Part shown: positions 47,254 to 61,400 of the stretch, one piece after another
Numbering within the stretch: position 1 is the first letter of the stretch
Layout of the letters: every line of letters starts with the position of its first letter
Translations under genes and position numbers: made by a program
Assembly (NCBI GenBank): GCA_965112735.1
Contig: OZ218960.1
Location: forward strand, 2,728,001 to 2,792,000
Length of the DNA stretch: 64,000 nt
Origin: Phaeosaccion multiseriatum
Lineage: Eukaryota > Protista > Ochrophyta, other classes
Direction: 5' to 3'
Notes under the pieces: model-generated
Seen by the model: only the letters and a program-made list of their open reading frames with translations
Databases searched by the model: none
What the model was told of the DNA's origin: nothing

Positions 47254-48316
47254 CATACATAACATTACGCGCATAACCAATCACAGACCATCTTACACTA
47301 CAGACAAGGATCCTTTTTTATAGTTAATTTGAAATTAAGAGGGAAAGGAAGGAAGGGAGGTGGTGCTCGCTGCTGGCTGCCGGCGGTAGCAGATAGCTGG
47401 CCCAAGTCGCGTGGTCGACACTGGCAATAGGGGAAGGCCAGTTGACGCTGGCGGTGAAGATAACCGGGAGCGCGTCACGGTCGAGCGTGAGCTCCACTGC
47501 AGTGCCTCCAGCGCTCCAGTCCCTTCCTCGCGAGGAAGGCAGGTATGCAGTGTCTCTAACACAACGCTCACATCTCGAGCATCCCTCCTTCTCCCCGTGC
47601 TGCTGCTGATGGTGGTACTCCTCCTCCTCCTCCTCCTCCTCAATACCAAGCCGTCTGCGTCTTCAAAGGCGCAAGCAAGGGCCGTCCTAAGAAGGAATTT
47701 GTGATGTGATTGAAGGCACCACAGGCAGGTACCGCATGGCGTATTTCACCACCCATACAAGAGCCACCAAGAGTGGCTAAATAAGGCCGGGATGGGGGTG
47801 GTCACAACACACCCATTAGGCAAGGGATGGTGGCGCCGAGGATCAATCAGCAGACAAGCTTGGCCTTGGCGTGGCTTGGCTTGGCAGCAGACGGAAGGAA
47901 GGAAGCCCATGGCTGTGTGCCCGAGCCGCTCCTTCCTTCTCGCGGCAGTGCGGGCCCTCGAGGGTCAACCTTGTGCATTGCCGTTTGAAGCCGTCGACAG
48001 CAGCGGCACAGATGATGCCTCCTCCGTGAGTGTACACAAACACTCACGCGCCTACCATTGCTTTGTGGCTGATGATGGTGGTTGCAGGTGTGACGGAGGT
48101 GACCCTTGCTTCTACAACTGGACTGGTGTCTGAGTCTTTGGGCCAGGCCCCTGAAATGAATAGCCTTCGCTCCTCGTAATCATATCGAGGCCTCTGCGTA
48201 GTCAGACGATGCCACAGGGAGGAGAAGAGACACACCGAGTCCAGGGGAGAATCTGGGCTCTCTTCTACGTGCCCTCCTTCGGGGGATGGCTAAAGCCTAC
48301 AGGAAATCGCGATTCG

Positions 48317-48790
48317 TCACCAACAGCTTCGTGCCGCCCTCTGCTGCACTCGCTTGTGCACCTCCACCCTCCAAAGCTCCAGCTCCACGCGACGTCTGTC
48401 CCTCCCAAAAAGGCCCTCCATATGCACGGGCCTCTCCTCCCCACCCCGTTTGGCCCTCTTTCTTAGTCTCTGGCGCTCTGCCTCCTCCCGCTTCTTGTGC
48501 TCGAGCTCGGCGTCTGTCAAGAAAAAGGCGGGCACTCCCTGCGGCTCTGCTTCTTCCGCCTCATCCGATTCGTGCCCGCTGCAGCTGCTGCTTTCGCTGC
48601 TGCTGCTCCATATCTCGTGTTGTTCCGTCCCCCCCCCCTCAACGCTCTCCTTCTCGCCCTCCCCCCTCTCTTCGCTGTCCTCCTCCTCCCCGCAAGGCCC
48701 TCCCCATAGCCTGCCCTCGTCTGCGAGCTTTAGGAGCACGAAGCCTCCAATAAAGAGCCCCAGCAGCGAGGCTTCCCATGCGCTCGACAT
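48317..48790 (-). CDS. Hypothetical protein with an N-terminal hydrophobic segment and acidic/charged region
   Basis: ORF MSSAWEASLLGLFIGGFVLLKLAD…; no recognised domain; 3' structure unresolved. Confidence 0.3.
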   Translation of the reverse strand: MSSAWEASLLGLFIGGFVLLKLADEGRLWGGPCGEEEDSEERGEGEKESVEGGGTEQHEIWSSSSESSSCSGHESDEAEEAEPQGVPAFFLTDAELEHKKREEAERQRLRKRAKRGGEERPVHMEGLFGRDRRRVELELWRVEVHKRVQQRAARSCW

Positions 48791-49276
48791 GATCCAAGGT
48801 GCCAAATAAAAACTAGGGCTATCGAGCTGCTGAAGATGATTCTGACCCCGACTTTCAGCTCGTTGGTCCCTCGGGTGAAAGTCGTGTGTATTCATTGCCA
48901 GAACACAAAGCTTTTATCTCTGACCAGCAGCACAACTACAGCCAGCACCAGCACCATATCATCGGGGAGCAAGGTGGGCGAAAGAAGGTGGTCGCCTTAG
49001 GCCTTTTGGTGGAGTCTAACAGCCCGGTTCTCGCGATATCTCTTTGGCCTAAGACTATACAGGCGGGGGGCGCTCTCTGGTGTGGTCCAAGGAGGGGGGC
49101 GGCCAAGCGGAGGCGTGGGAGAAAGGGAGACCTTTCAGTAGCCTCTGGGAAGGCCGCGCTTGGGGGTATTTGGGTTTATCGTACTTATCGCCACTGGAAG
49201 GAACGCGGACCAAAAAAAAAAAAAAAAAAAGGGTAAGACGGGGCAGCAGTGCTGTGTGTGACAACCACGCCCGTCC

Positions 49277-50623
49277 ATGGCTGCCACGGTGGCTGGGTCC
49301 ACCGCTGGGGATGATATACTTCCTCGTCGAGGCTCGCGTGGAACCCAGAGGCGCTCAGCGAGTGGGTCCCATTGGAAGGAAGCCAGTCTCGAGGTTGGGT
49401 CGTCAGCTGCGGTGGGTGGTGGTGGTGACGGCGGGCTGAGGTCTCCTGGTGTGGCTGCAAAGCGGAACGAAGTGGGCCTCGCAGGGATCCGCTCGGCTGT
49501 TGTCCCAGACGCCGTCAGCAGAGGCGGCGGGGGGGATGGTGGTGGGGCAGGAGCTAGCGTCAACAGTGCCCCTACCGCCATGGTGCCGTGGGTCGTGACT
49601 GGAAAGGCCCTGCGGCTGGAGTGCCTACCGGTGAGTAAGGGAAGGAGTGAGTGAGTTGAGTTACGTGAGTGAGCGAGCGACTGACTGACCGACTGACTGA
49701 CCGACTGACTCACTCACCCACGCGACTCCCTCCCTCCCCCCCTCACTGCTCACTCACTCGCCCAGCTGCTGACCGTGGTCGTTGGCATGAGCTCGATTGT
49801 CCTGGCCATTATGGCGTTTTACGCTGAGGGCTTTCACCGTGAAATTCCCGGCAACTTGTTGATCAAAGTGCCGACCGTCAGCCACGGCGGCGGGTGGGGG
49901 ATGGGGAAATTCATCTTCACTGGCGGGCTACACGTGGCCTGTGCTCTCTTTGTCATTACCACTTGGTGCGTACGGGGATCGCTACGCCTCAACATTAACA
50001 AAAACTTTGACCCCTGCGGCCGGACGAGAGGGGAGAGCGGGAGCGGAGACGAGGAGGGCGGGGGTAGGCGGCTCCATCGGAGACTGGCCAATGGCCTGGA
50101 CCTGACCCGCCTGGGAGACAGAGATGGGGCGCTGGTGAAAGTGGTGACGTCATATTGGTTGGCGTGCCTCAGCTCTGCGCTGCTCTTCCTCGCCGCCCTG
50201 GTGCCCATGACTTACTGGGGAGACCTACACAACGCCTTTGCGGCGGGCTGGTTTCTAGCCACCCTTCTCTACATGAAAATGATCAATAGCGTGCTCTCGG
50301 GACCCATGAAGGAGGTGTTTCTCACCACCAAGGAGGACCTATATTGGCTGCGATGGAAGCGCGGTTTCTTCCTGGGCTCGTGGGTGTTCGCACTCCTCTT
50401 TGTGCTCGTCTTTCCAACCATCGAGCTCAACATGCCTAATATGGACTGCGCACCCTTCACAGGGGAGAGTTTTTGTGCGCTCGAGTCCGTTCGGAGTTGC
50501 ACGGAGTGGGCCGCTGCTGTATGCATGTTTGCGTGGTTCAGCAGCCTCAAGCACGACATCGGCCACTGCAAGGCCGAACTACATGGCATCGCCCGTAGCT
50601 TTCCGAGCGAGCCCGTTTATTAG
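49277..50623 (+). CDS. Frag1/DRAM/Sfk1-family multi-pass membrane protein, 2 exons (49277-49630, 49766-50623)
   Basis: About six hydrophobic segments; PTVSHGG after TM1, LHNAFA in TM4 and EW…F..F in the last TM, a pattern typical of the family. Confidence 0.7.
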
Positions 50624-50771
50624 AAACCATTTTTCTTTTTCCTCTTTTCACATTTGTATACACTATCGTTGTATGTATATATATATATTACACAATACAC
50701 TGGCATATACAGAGAGGAAGCTATAGGCGCCGCTGCTGCTCTTGCGTGTACTGCTGCTGCCGCATCATCAC

Positions 50772-53700
50772 TCACGTCTTGCTCATGACCCAGAGCCGCG
50801 TGTCCATCTGAGGCAGGTCATAGGCCTGCATGTGACAGCACAGCGCCATCCCCGGCCCAAGTGAAGCCACCGGCACGAGCGTCAGGGCGGGAGAGGGAGA
50901 GGGAGAAGGAGAAGCCGCTGCTCTGCTACCCGCAACGTCCCTCAGGGCCAGCAGTAGCCCCTCTCGGAGCCGCTCCTGTTGTATCACCAACTGCTGCCCC
51001 ACACCACCTCCTCCTCCTCCTCCCGGCGCGAGGTGGTACACACGCAAGCTCGCCAAATGGCCCCACGTGAGCCTCGCCTCGGCCAGCACCGCCCGCACCT
51101 CCTCCATCACTCTTGCCAGGACCTCCTCCAGCTCCTCGTGACTAGCACTACCACCACCACCACCACCAGCAGCAGCAGCACTTGGTGATACGGCAGCATT
51201 ACTTGCGTCAAGGGCGGCGGGAGTCGGCTGCACCGCTACCGAGCAGAGGGCCATGGCGCTGACGCGATTCACAAGCGACCCACGCGTGTGCACCACCACT
51301 TCTCGCAGGCACTTGGGATGAGCATCCGCTCTCCTCTCTTCCCCCTTCTCGTCCTTCTCCCCCTCCTCCTCCACCCCCTCCCTCGGGCCGTGGTCTCTGG
51401 CAGTACCACCACCACCAGCAGCAGAAGCGGAAGCAAAACCTCGCTCCGTTTGAGCTGCTGAAAGCGAGGAGCAAGGGGGCCCCGCCGTCCTCCTCCCCCT
51501 CCTCACGCCCGAGCCCAGGGGCGCGTACATCCACAAAGCAGCAGGGGTGTCAGGACTTTCTTCTGGCGACGACGCCCACAGCTTGTGCGTAATCCGTCGG
51601 TCGAACCGAGTGGCGGTGTCACCGAAGGTTTCCAGTGCCGCATGTGACATGCCGCACACCTCCAGCTCGGCGGCGGCGTTCTTGGGCAGGGACTCGACCG
51701 CCACTACCAGCAGAGGCACCCCGGCACACGCGCCCACGCTACCGCCATTGGCCTCCTCGCCGTGGTCACTGTGCCCATCGTCATCATCGTCCATCTCTTG
51801 CTCGCCCTCCTCGACCCCTTCGCCGCTGGCTCCCACGGACACCACCGGCACGTTGCCATTCGCCTGCAGAAGGTCCTGACACCTCTGCGTCAGTGCGGCC
51901 CACCAAGCTACCTCTGCTTGTGCTTGTCCTGCTTGCGCTGCTTGCAAGCTCAAATCTACGCTGCTCCCTCCCCTGCTATCACCACCATCACCATCACCGC
52001 CAGTACTGCTGGAGTCGCGGCCACTGCCGAGGCCCTCACTGCAGCCCGCACACCCCACAAACAGCGTAGCGCAGAGCCCTCCTCTGGCGACGCTGGAGTC
52101 CAACACGGACAGCACTCGGGCGGTGTTCTGAACGCACTGCTTGAGCTGCCCCTCCAGACCACCCGCCACCAGCTCCATCCCAACTGAGTAGGGGAGGAAG
52201 ATGGCAGCAGACAGACGGAACATGTGAGGAGAGGGGGGAGGCGAGAGAGATGGGGGGGGGGGGGGGAGGAGGGGAGGAAGACTCCATCTCGAGAGTCACT
52301 CCCTCGCTCACCCACAAGCTCCTCACTGGCTCAAACCACTCCCACACTAGACTCACTCAACTCAACTCAACTCAACCCCTCCACCCATCACAGGCACCCA
52401 CCTGGGTGCAGGCCGATCTGCCCCGCCACCAACACAAGCGCTCCTGCCCCCAGGGCATTGGCCTGCGAGTACGGCCCGATGCACACAGGGGCCCACGGCG
52501 AGATGCTTCGCACATGCAGTACCATCCGCTCAGGTGTGCGTCCTCCGCTCACTCGCAGCGCGTGACCCGATCCCGTGTGTGCAACACAGTCCACCATCAC
52601 CAAGTGGGGCGGCGGAAGGCTGGCCTGCACACAGCTGCGGGATGGCGGGTTGTTCTCCGGTAAGAATTGGCAGTACACGCTGTTCACGGCGGTGAAGTGG
52701 CCAATGTCCGCCAGGTAGAGGTGCACAAAGATCACGTCGCGGAAATCGAGAAGCGGCTGCCCCGCTGGGGTCGCGGCGGCGAGCGCTGCCTGCAGCACTT
52801 GTAGGCACTCCTTAGTCTGTGCACGTGCGGCGGCTTCGGCTGCTGCTGCTGCTGGTACTGCTGTATCACAGACCGCAGCTATATCACAACCTGCTGTGGA
52901 GAGGACACCAGACACGTGCACATGGCCTCTAGAGGAGTAGGTGCGAGGCAGCTGCCATCGGGACAAAGACAAGTGCTCCTTTTTCCCTTGAGGATCCCTG
53001 CAAGGCCGTTGCTGTGCTTGGCGGGGCAGCTCCCACGGCCTCGAAGCAATAGCCTGAGGCTTCTTCGCCCCGCCGCCCGTCTCACAGTGTCCTGCTGCTC
53101 GCTGTGTGGGAGCTGCCGCCGCCGCTGCCCCTGCCGCTGCCCCTGCCGCTGCCCCCATTGAAGGAGGCGGCGGAGGAGATGGTTGTACAGGCAAGGGGCT
53201 CGCGTCCTCCTCCTGCCCTTCCCCCTGCTGCTGCTGCTGCTGCTGCTTGGGCTCTGTGTGGCACTTGTTGATGCGAAGGACGCCCACCGGAGAGAAGGCG
53301 TCGTCGGAGTGAATAATGACCTCTGTCTCGTCAAGCACAAGCCGCCGCGAGAAGAGGGGGCAGTCCAGGCAAAGCGACTCGTACTCTCCACCCTGTTCAT
53401 CGGAGATGGAAGGAGGTAGATGGAGCAAAAGGATGACTTCTTCGTGTCCAATGCGCTTGTCTGATCGCCTTCCTTCACAGGGGTATGGAAGTCGGAGGAG
53501 GATTCCATGGACCTCCCTCTGCTGACATGACATGAGGAGCACACACCACCCATCCATACATACACACACACACGCACACACACACACATAACACACACGC
53601 ACACACACACACACAAACAAACACACAAACACACGCACAGTTGTCACATATGGCGATGAATAGCTTACCTCCCCGGCCACATGGAAGCGGAACTTTTGGT

Positions 53701-54906
53701 GCAGTTTGTGGAAGAAGGGCTGCAGGGAGGCGATTGACTTGCCTGAAGGGAGGGGAGGGGGAGGGGGGGGGCGGAACCAGGAGGGAAATGGGAAATGTGA
53801 AGAAAGGAAAGATGGGAAAAAAGAAACACGAGTGACAGTGGTTGGTTTGATTTCTGTCGAAGTATGAGCTCGAGCTCTCACCCATCCACCCACCCACTCA
53901 CCCACCTACCCACACACACACACACCCACACCCGCCCGCCCGCACCCACACCCACCTAAACTCACCAAACTATCCATCTACCCACTCATCCACCCACACC
54001 CACACTCGCCAACCCATCCGCTGCCATCCCACCCACCCACCGAGGTGCTTATACGGGTCCAGCCCCATCGACGCCACCTTGACGAGCACGACATCCATCC
54101 CCTCGTCGTCGCACATCCGTCGCAGCAGCTCCTTCTGCCCCATCTGCCACAGCAGGCACAGTGACTGCAGCTTTAAGCGGCGACACACGTTCTCCACGCG
54201 TGTGCGCTGGTACGTGGAGAGGATGGCACCGCACGCCACGCCCTCCACCTCGGGGAAGCGCCGCTTGACCTCTTGTAGCAGGGCAAAAAGGTCCTCTACT
54301 TCGTCTTTCTCCTCCTCCTCCTCCACCCCCTCCTCCCCCTTCTGCTGCTGCTTGTCTTCGTTGCTCCTCCTCTCTTCTTGTTCTTGGCCATAATTTGGAG
54401 GAGGAAGCACCCCAGCATCGGCCTCAGCCTCGGTCTCTTCGCCGTGAAATTCATACTGCAGCTGTTGACTGGAACAAATCACAATGGAATATGGAAGGGT
54501 TGGGGAGAGGGGGGATAGAGGGCCATGATGTCAGTAACAGGAGGAGGAGGAGGGTGGGTAAGACAAGGGCATGTGTTGGCCGCTTTCAACCTCTCTTTCC
54601 CCATCCGCGTACGACTGGCCACCGGCTGACTCCCTCCCTCCATTTCCTGACTGACAGTGACTGAATTACTTACTTGGCCGCCGTGCCCGTGAAAACCTGC
54701 CTGACGAGGGGCAGGCCGAAGCACTCTGCCTGCATCTCGATGGCGCCGGCTCCTGCACTCTGGTACATGAACGAGTCGGCCTCGTCGGGGGTGGAGGGAG
54801 GCGGAGCGAGGTTGGCGAGGCACACAATCTCATGTCCGTGGCGGGTACAGAGCAGCGCGTTGTAGCAGCTGTCCTTCCCACCACTCAGCAAGCACACCAC
54901 CTTCAT
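50772..54906 (-). CDS. DPH6: Diphthine--ammonia ligase with C-terminal RidA/YjgF-like domains, multi-exon
   Basis: MKVVCLLSGGKDSCYN…DEADSFMYQS; DEVEDLF…GAILSTYQRTRVENVC; FHVAGE|GGEYESLCLDCPLF; LHVRSISPWAPVCIGPYSQA; VESLPKNAAAELE. Confidence 0.95.
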
Positions 54907-55384
54907 TTTCGGGGAGGTGTTGGAAGAGAAGGGGCTCTACCACTGCCCTGCTGCTGCCCTGCTAATTGTCCTTTTTGTTTGGCGCCTTTGGCGCCGAGGG
55001 TGGGCCAATGTCGATATCATCGATATATTTATGGAATTAATGACTTACGAGAACTCTTTTTTTTTTCTTCCCCTCTTCCTCTTGCTTCACTCTGTGGTCT
55101 CTGCTCTGCTCGTCTCTGCCCCCTCTTTCTCTCTTTCCTCGCTCTCCCTGTCTCTTCCTCTACCGCCGCCCCTCTATCTCTTATCTACACTCTCTCTTCG
55201 AGGAACGCCCGCCGGCCTTTCACTCCCTCTCCCCTCTTCCTCCCGTCATCTCGGTAAAGAGCGTGGAGCTATACAGCAACGGACGCTGGCCGCTGTTCAT
55301 GACATCTCGGAGAGAGGGGGATCACACAGCAGCGACGCAGCGGCAGAGGCACGGGACGAGGGAGGGGAGGAAAAGTAGGTGAGC

Positions 55385-56265
55385 ATGGGCGATCGAGGAC
55401 ACACGGTGGTGCCCGTGACGGAGAGCACCACGGAGTGGGATGAGATCCTTATCAGCAAGGGCATCACTGAGAGGGATGAGGTGCTACGGAACAAGGGTCT
55501 GGATCCGGATGCCATTCGACTCGAGAAGGCAGTGGTAAGTGAGTGGTGAGCGAGGGAGAGGCCATGCAGGGGAGAGGGCACACACTCCTCACTGCTGCCG
55601 GCTGATTGTTGATGACCCAATCGATTCAATCAATTCGTCTCGAGTAATGGCACTATCTTCTTTGTGCTCCCTGTGCTCGAGTCATCCCTCTCCCATATCT
55701 AAACACGCTTATGGCCTCCTCTCCTTCCCCTCCCCCCAAGTACGCCGAGGAAGCGCCATAACGCTCACATCACACCCCGACCCTCCCTCCTCCCTCCTTC
55801 CCTACACCCGACCCTCCCTCCCTCTTAACCGAGCCAGCGCCAGGCCCGAGAGGACGAGGTGGAGCGACTTCAGAACCTCACTCTCGAGGAAACGCTCGAC
55901 GCCAAGACGCTCGATGAGATCAAGGTGTTGGAGGAAGAGGATGAGTTCGATGACGACGACGATGAAGCCTTCCTCAAAGGTGCGGGCCTAGCTACCTACT
56001 TGTCTCTTAACCTACCTACATCCCTCGCTACCTCCTTACCTCCCTCCCTGCCTCCCTCCCTACCTACCTACCTTCACGCACCTATCTATGTGTGTGTGTT
56101 GTCAGTAACTCTGAGCAGCGCCATGTGGCTGGCTCCCTCACATCCTAAAGGATTCATCCCAAGGGCTCAGGCCGAAGAGTCCAACCCCACAAGCTCCGCC
56201 GCCCTTCGCTCCTCTGTGTATTTCTTCTGCGCTGATTCGTACACTCACCCTTTCTCCTCCTCCTC

Positions 56266-56317
<52 letters not shown>

Positions 56318-57456
56318 CCCTCCTCCTCCTCCTGCTCCTTCTCCTCCTCCTCGTCGTCCTCCTCCTCCTCCTCCCCCCCTTCCCCTCCTCTTCCTACTAC
56401 CACTACTACTGCTCTTCCCCCCCCACACGCACACAGAGTACCGGGAGCAGCGGCTGGCTCAGATGAAGGAGGCAGCTTCGAAGGACAAGTACGGGGAGGT
56501 GCGGGGCATCACGAAAGGCGATTGGCTCGTGGAAGTCAACGAAGCCTCGCAGGTGGGTGCGTCCGTTAGTGAGCTCACCTCACATCTCAGGAGACGGCAT
56601 CCATGTATCGACATCGATGTAATCTTATATGAAACACCGATATCATCTTATACGAAACATCGATATCATCCTATACGAAACATCGATATCATCTTATACA
56701 TAACATCACGATGGATTTTGATTGGTTTATTGGTTGGACTTGAATCGATCGAGTTCAATCAAATACATACAAACTCAAACTCAACTGCTGCCCTGTAAAC
56801 TCAAACTCAAACTGGATGTGCCAGGACTGCTGGGTGGTGGTGCACCTGTTCGTGGACAGCATGGAGGCGTGCGGTGTCATGGAGCGCTGTTCAGAGGCCC
56901 TCGCCAAGAAGTTTAAGGTGAGTCGCCGTCCTTCTCGACTTCTCCCTTTCCTTCTTCTCTCTCTCCCTCCATCTCTCTCCCCATCTCTCTCTTACGTCCG
57001 GTGTGTATTTGTGATCGAGAGAGAGACAGAGTGAGAGTGTCGCTCTCCCTTTCCTTCTCTTTCTAAACCCCCTTCTACCCACACACGCACACACCCGCTC
57101 CTCACCCGTCCCCATAGGCTGTCAAATTCGTCAAGATTCGCTCCAAACACGCCATTGAGAACTGGCCGGATGAGAATTGCCCCGCCCTCTTCTGCTACTC
57201 GGGAGGGGAGATGAAGAAACAGTTGATCACCTGTGCGGCCCTGGGTGGGGTGGGAATGACTCCTGCTGACCTGGAGTGGTATCTGGCGAGCCAAGGGGTG
57301 GTGGAAACAGATATGGTGGAGAACCCTCGGAGGGTCCGGGCTGCCAAGGCAAGGAAAGCGACCAAGGCCAAGGGTAGTCGCTATAGTGACGATGAGGGGG
57401 ACGACGACGACGATCATGATGACGAGGAGGACGAGGACGACGAGGGCCGTAGATAG
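55385..57456 (+). CDS. PDCL3: Phosducin-like protein 3 (PhLP2A/VIAF-type), 5 exons
   Basis: TTEWDEILISKGI; LEEEDEFDDDDDEAFLK|EYREQRLAQMKEAASKDKYGEVRGITKGDWLVEVNEAS; WVVVHLF…LAKKF..VKFVKIRS..AIENWPDENCPALFCY; LEWYLASQGVVETDM. Confidence 0.9.
56611..56707. repeat. About four 23-bp units CATCGATATCATCTTATACGAAA in a PDCL3 intron
   Basis: Visible tandem repeat. Confidence 0.85.
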
Positions 57457-57966
57457 CGCTGGTTCTGTACGTGTTGTGGTGTTGGCCTCAAGCTGAGGAG
57501 CGGGCTTGAGAAATGGGGGCCCTCGTTGGGGGGCTGGGTTTGGGATAATCACTTCCTGATCTATGTAATAATTAGTTATCTCTATCTAGTTGTCTATGTA
57601 TGTATAAGGAGGGCTGGCCCCTCCCCCGAGTCCTTGTGTTTGTTGGCATGGTGGTTGGTCTGGTACGCCTCGGGAGGCCTCGGGTAAATTAAGTTACTAA
57701 AAACTTACTACACGGATAAGGAAGTATGTTAAGTCGCAATCCATCATGCGAACTCCGCTGTCGATAGAGCACACGCAGAAACAGCAGCGGCAGGAGGGGC
57801 GGAGGGGTCCGTCAGATTGTCAGTCAGTCGGTTCGTAAATGACAAGCCAACCCTAGCACCCCGCCCCCAAGAACGAAAAGAGAGAAGCACAGGCTCGTCA
57901 TAATCAGATCGCTCGGGGGAGCTCCTCTCCGTTCTCCTCTTTCTCCACTGCCCCTCTTCCCCCTCC

Positions 57967-58134
57967 CTAGCCACAGCTATTGGTACAGCTGTTGGTAGTC
58001 ACATGACACACAGTACCTGCCGCTGTGACGAGAGTAAAGAGCTTCGTCTTGCCGCCCGAAAGCTGCTGCGGAGCATCACCACCAGCAGTGGCCTCCCCCC
58101 CTGTGTGGTGGTGGTGGTGTTGTTGTTGTTGTGG

Positions 58135-58177
<43 letters not shown>

Positions 58178-58204
58178 CGTTGTTGTTGTTGTTGGTGGTG
58201 GTGG

Positions 58205-58246
<42 letters not shown>

Positions 58247-58248
58247 GG

Positions 58249-58298
<50 letters not shown>

Positions 58299-58856
58299 GG
58301 TGTGGTTGTTGTTGTTGCTGCTTGGGATAAGGCTGCAGGACGTATTGCCTCGGCATGGACTGGTGCAGCAACAGTGGGTGCGCAGGCTGCTGCAGTAGAG
58401 GGCCCTCCGGCTGCTGGAGGAGGTATCCCTCCATGCCGCTTGGAGGGCTTGGCGGGCCCAGTGGCAGGTCACCGCCCCAAGGAGGTGATGAGGATCTGTC
58501 CACGCCCACGCCCGCGCGTCTCCTCGTAGTGCTCCTGGTGCTCCGCTGGTGGGTGCTACGCTGGTTGGTGCTACGCGGGTTGGTGCTACGCGGGTTGGTG
58601 CTCAGATAGGCAGTGCTGCTCTCACCCGCAGCAAATTCGGTCGCGGCAGGGCCCAGGGAGGCTCCTCCTGCCGCTGCTGCTGCAGCTGCTGCTGCTCCTG
58701 CTGCTCCTCCGTAGTCCCACTCCGACCCCGACCTTGACTCTATGGGAGGGGAAGCCGCCCATCGTCGGTCGTGCACGTCACGATGGAATAGATGGAGTTG
58801 GGCCGCGCTCATGATACGGCCACCCCTCAGGTCTCCACTCTCCACGCTGCTCCTGC

Positions 58857-58890
<34 letters not shown>

Positions 58891-59761
58891 CCTTCGACTA
58901 CTACTACTGCTGCTGCTGCTACTGCTGCTACTGGTGACCCTTCGACTGCTACTACTGCTGCTGCTGCTGCTGCTGCTCGAGTACCCGCCACTCCCCTCCT
59001 CGCCCTCTCCTTCCAATGCCTCATCCTCAGCTGCTGCTCTGGAAGCCGCCGAAGCTCGTGCTGCTGACGCGAGGAGGTTTTCTGCATGATGTCTTGTACA
59101 GAAGCCACCTTTCTTCGGGTAATGGCGACAGCCCTTCGCCTGGCAGCGCTTCACGACTGCACCGTGAGCCACACATACACCGCCTTTCTTGGCGTGCTTC
59201 CCGCAGCCCTTGACGGAGCACGGATAGATGGAGCCGTGACGGCAGCAGACTCCCCCGCGCTGTGGTTGAAAGAGAGAATGTATGTGTGAGAGAGAGGGCG
59301 AGGGAGAAAGGGAGAGCGAGACAGTGTGAGAGGCAGGGAGAGAGTGGAGAGATACGAGGGATAGTGAGGAGGCGCTGGGTGAGGGGAAGTGATGGGGCTG
59401 CATTGTATTGGCCCAGTCATCCGACCAAGGCAAGGAAAAGCTGATGCAAGCTGCGATGCTGCTTCAGGGACCCTCTTGCCGAACAAACTTGGGAGGGAAC
59501 TCACCTGAGCTTGTTTGTTGCACCCAGCGAATGCACATCTCTTTAAGACCGCCCCGTGTTTTATACACACACCACCCTTCTGGGCCTGATTGGTGCACTT
59601 GGGAGCACTGCATGTCTTGTTGTGCTTGCCCTGCGAGATGCATGCGCGATGGAAGTTCAGGAGGGACACAAAGTGAGGGAGAATAACAGAACCATGCGCA
59701 GAAAAAAAGGATGCGAGGCCAAGAGAGGTAACAGAACCATGATCACCCCGCCACTCACCAT
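57967..59761 (-). CDS. WRKY19-like Cys3His zinc-finger protein (4 fingers) with poly-Ser/poly-Gln tail; exons 59761-59759 (ATG only), 59630-59505, 59259-57967
   Basis: CSAPKCTNQAQKGGVCIKHG, CAFAGCNKQAQ|RGGVCCRHG, CSVKGCGKHAKKGGVCVAHG and CQAKGCRHYPKKGGFCTRH; phase-0 GTGAGT…CAG introns. Confidence 0.85.
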
Positions 59762-60010
59762 GATGTCTCACGCACAGGAGTCTTTGTGTAGTGCCCAAGG
59801 CAACGGGAGGCAAACGAGCCGTGGAAATCGCCCCAACTCGCATTTCCGGGAGATTCACCCACGCGCCCGTAGAAAAGGCGGGAGAAGGAGTCTCACGTCA
59901 CAAAGAAGAAGAAGAAGAAGAAGACAGAAGGAAAAAAGCCGCTGCGAGCTCGTGGGAAAGGGAGGAGGGAGCGGGCAATCAATCCCTCTTGGACCTTGGG
60001 AGACAATACT

Positions 60011-61363
60011 ATGTCTCCTCTAAAAGCAGCTGCTGTTTCCTCCCTTGAGAAGGTGTGTTCCTTTCAGCAAAAAAAAAATAAAGGCAGTTGATGCACGCAC
60101 GGGAAGGCTGACGCACCCGACCCCATCTAGCTGGAACTTAAACTGTGTTTTTCCTCCTCCTCCTCCCCCTTCCCAAGGCCTTAAATACTTGGCGCGCGTG
60201 GGGATGGCTCAAGTGCACCCCCCTGTGTTCACTTGGCTGACGGAGGAGCTGCTCAAGGAGTGGCGGGGATGCGGGGAAGGCGAGGTTCCGCCCGCGGTGC
60301 TGGGGGCCTTCAGGGAAGCGCACGACGAGCTTTGCGGGTGAGGGAGTGCAGGAGAGAGGAAGGGGAGGGCGCCTCCCCCATTGGAGCAGTCCTTGCGTCA
60401 TGTGTGTTACCGAAAGCTCATCGGCCCCCAAGTGGAGTTGGCCTTGGTGCACAACGGGAATGGCCTCTCCGGTGTGGAATGCGGGAGGGGAGATCTTTTG
60501 CTCTGTACTCCCTGGGCTGAAGCCAAGTGCTCTCCTCTCTTCGACCGCGCTCACATCTCTTCTCTGTGCCCTGATCGCTGGCCTGCCTACTGTTCATTTC
60601 CTCCCCCCCTACCCCACCCAGTCCTTCCCCGCCTCTCCTGCCCAGGTGCAAGACACTCGTCAACGAGTGCTTCTGGAGAGTTGTGACGGGCTACTTCCAA
60701 GCAGAGCAGCTGGCAAAGTGCTTCCAGAAGGGCGGGCCCCTCGCACTCTCCAGCGGCGCAGCAGGAGATGCGGAGCAAGAGAAGCAGGAGGAGGAGGAGA
60801 AGGAGGAGGACGGAGGCACCGGCGACAAGGTCGTCGAGACTGCTGCTGAAAGCTCCCCACTATCTCCCCAGCTGGAGGAGGCCATGGGTGACATACTGTG
60901 GAGTATCGGTGTGCAGATTAACGGCAGTGGCGGGGGTGATGAGACCGACGAGTGGGCAGCCCTCTGTGGTCTGATCAACGCATTGCTGTCGGCCAAGGTG
61001 GTCAGAGCGGCTCTACTCAAGACCGTTTTAGAGGAAGATATGGTGCAGGTGAGAGAGCGAGAAAGGGCATCGTGTCGACGTATCGGACGAACTCTCAAAT
61101 GGCCTCGCTTGACGAGCTGGTGGGAGGAGGAGGAGGAGAAGGAGGAGGAGGAGGAGGAGGAGCGGACGCGAAGGCGCGACAGAGGTGGTGGTCAAGTGGC
61201 CCGTGATGAAGGCATATGGGAAGGAAGGCGGAGAGGGGAGGTGTGTTTTGGTCGTCGTCTGTCTTGCCCGTGATTGACTGACGGACAGAGGCATTGTTTG
61301 CCGTGCGATGGGGAGGGCAGAGCCTTGCCAAGTATGGGGTGCCGATCGGCCAAGTGGGAGAGG

Positions 61364-61400
<37 letters not shown>

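Noticed and set aside
47335-48300. Coding-like fragments downstream of BUB3
   Set aside because: Stops in all frames and no splice model I could defend.
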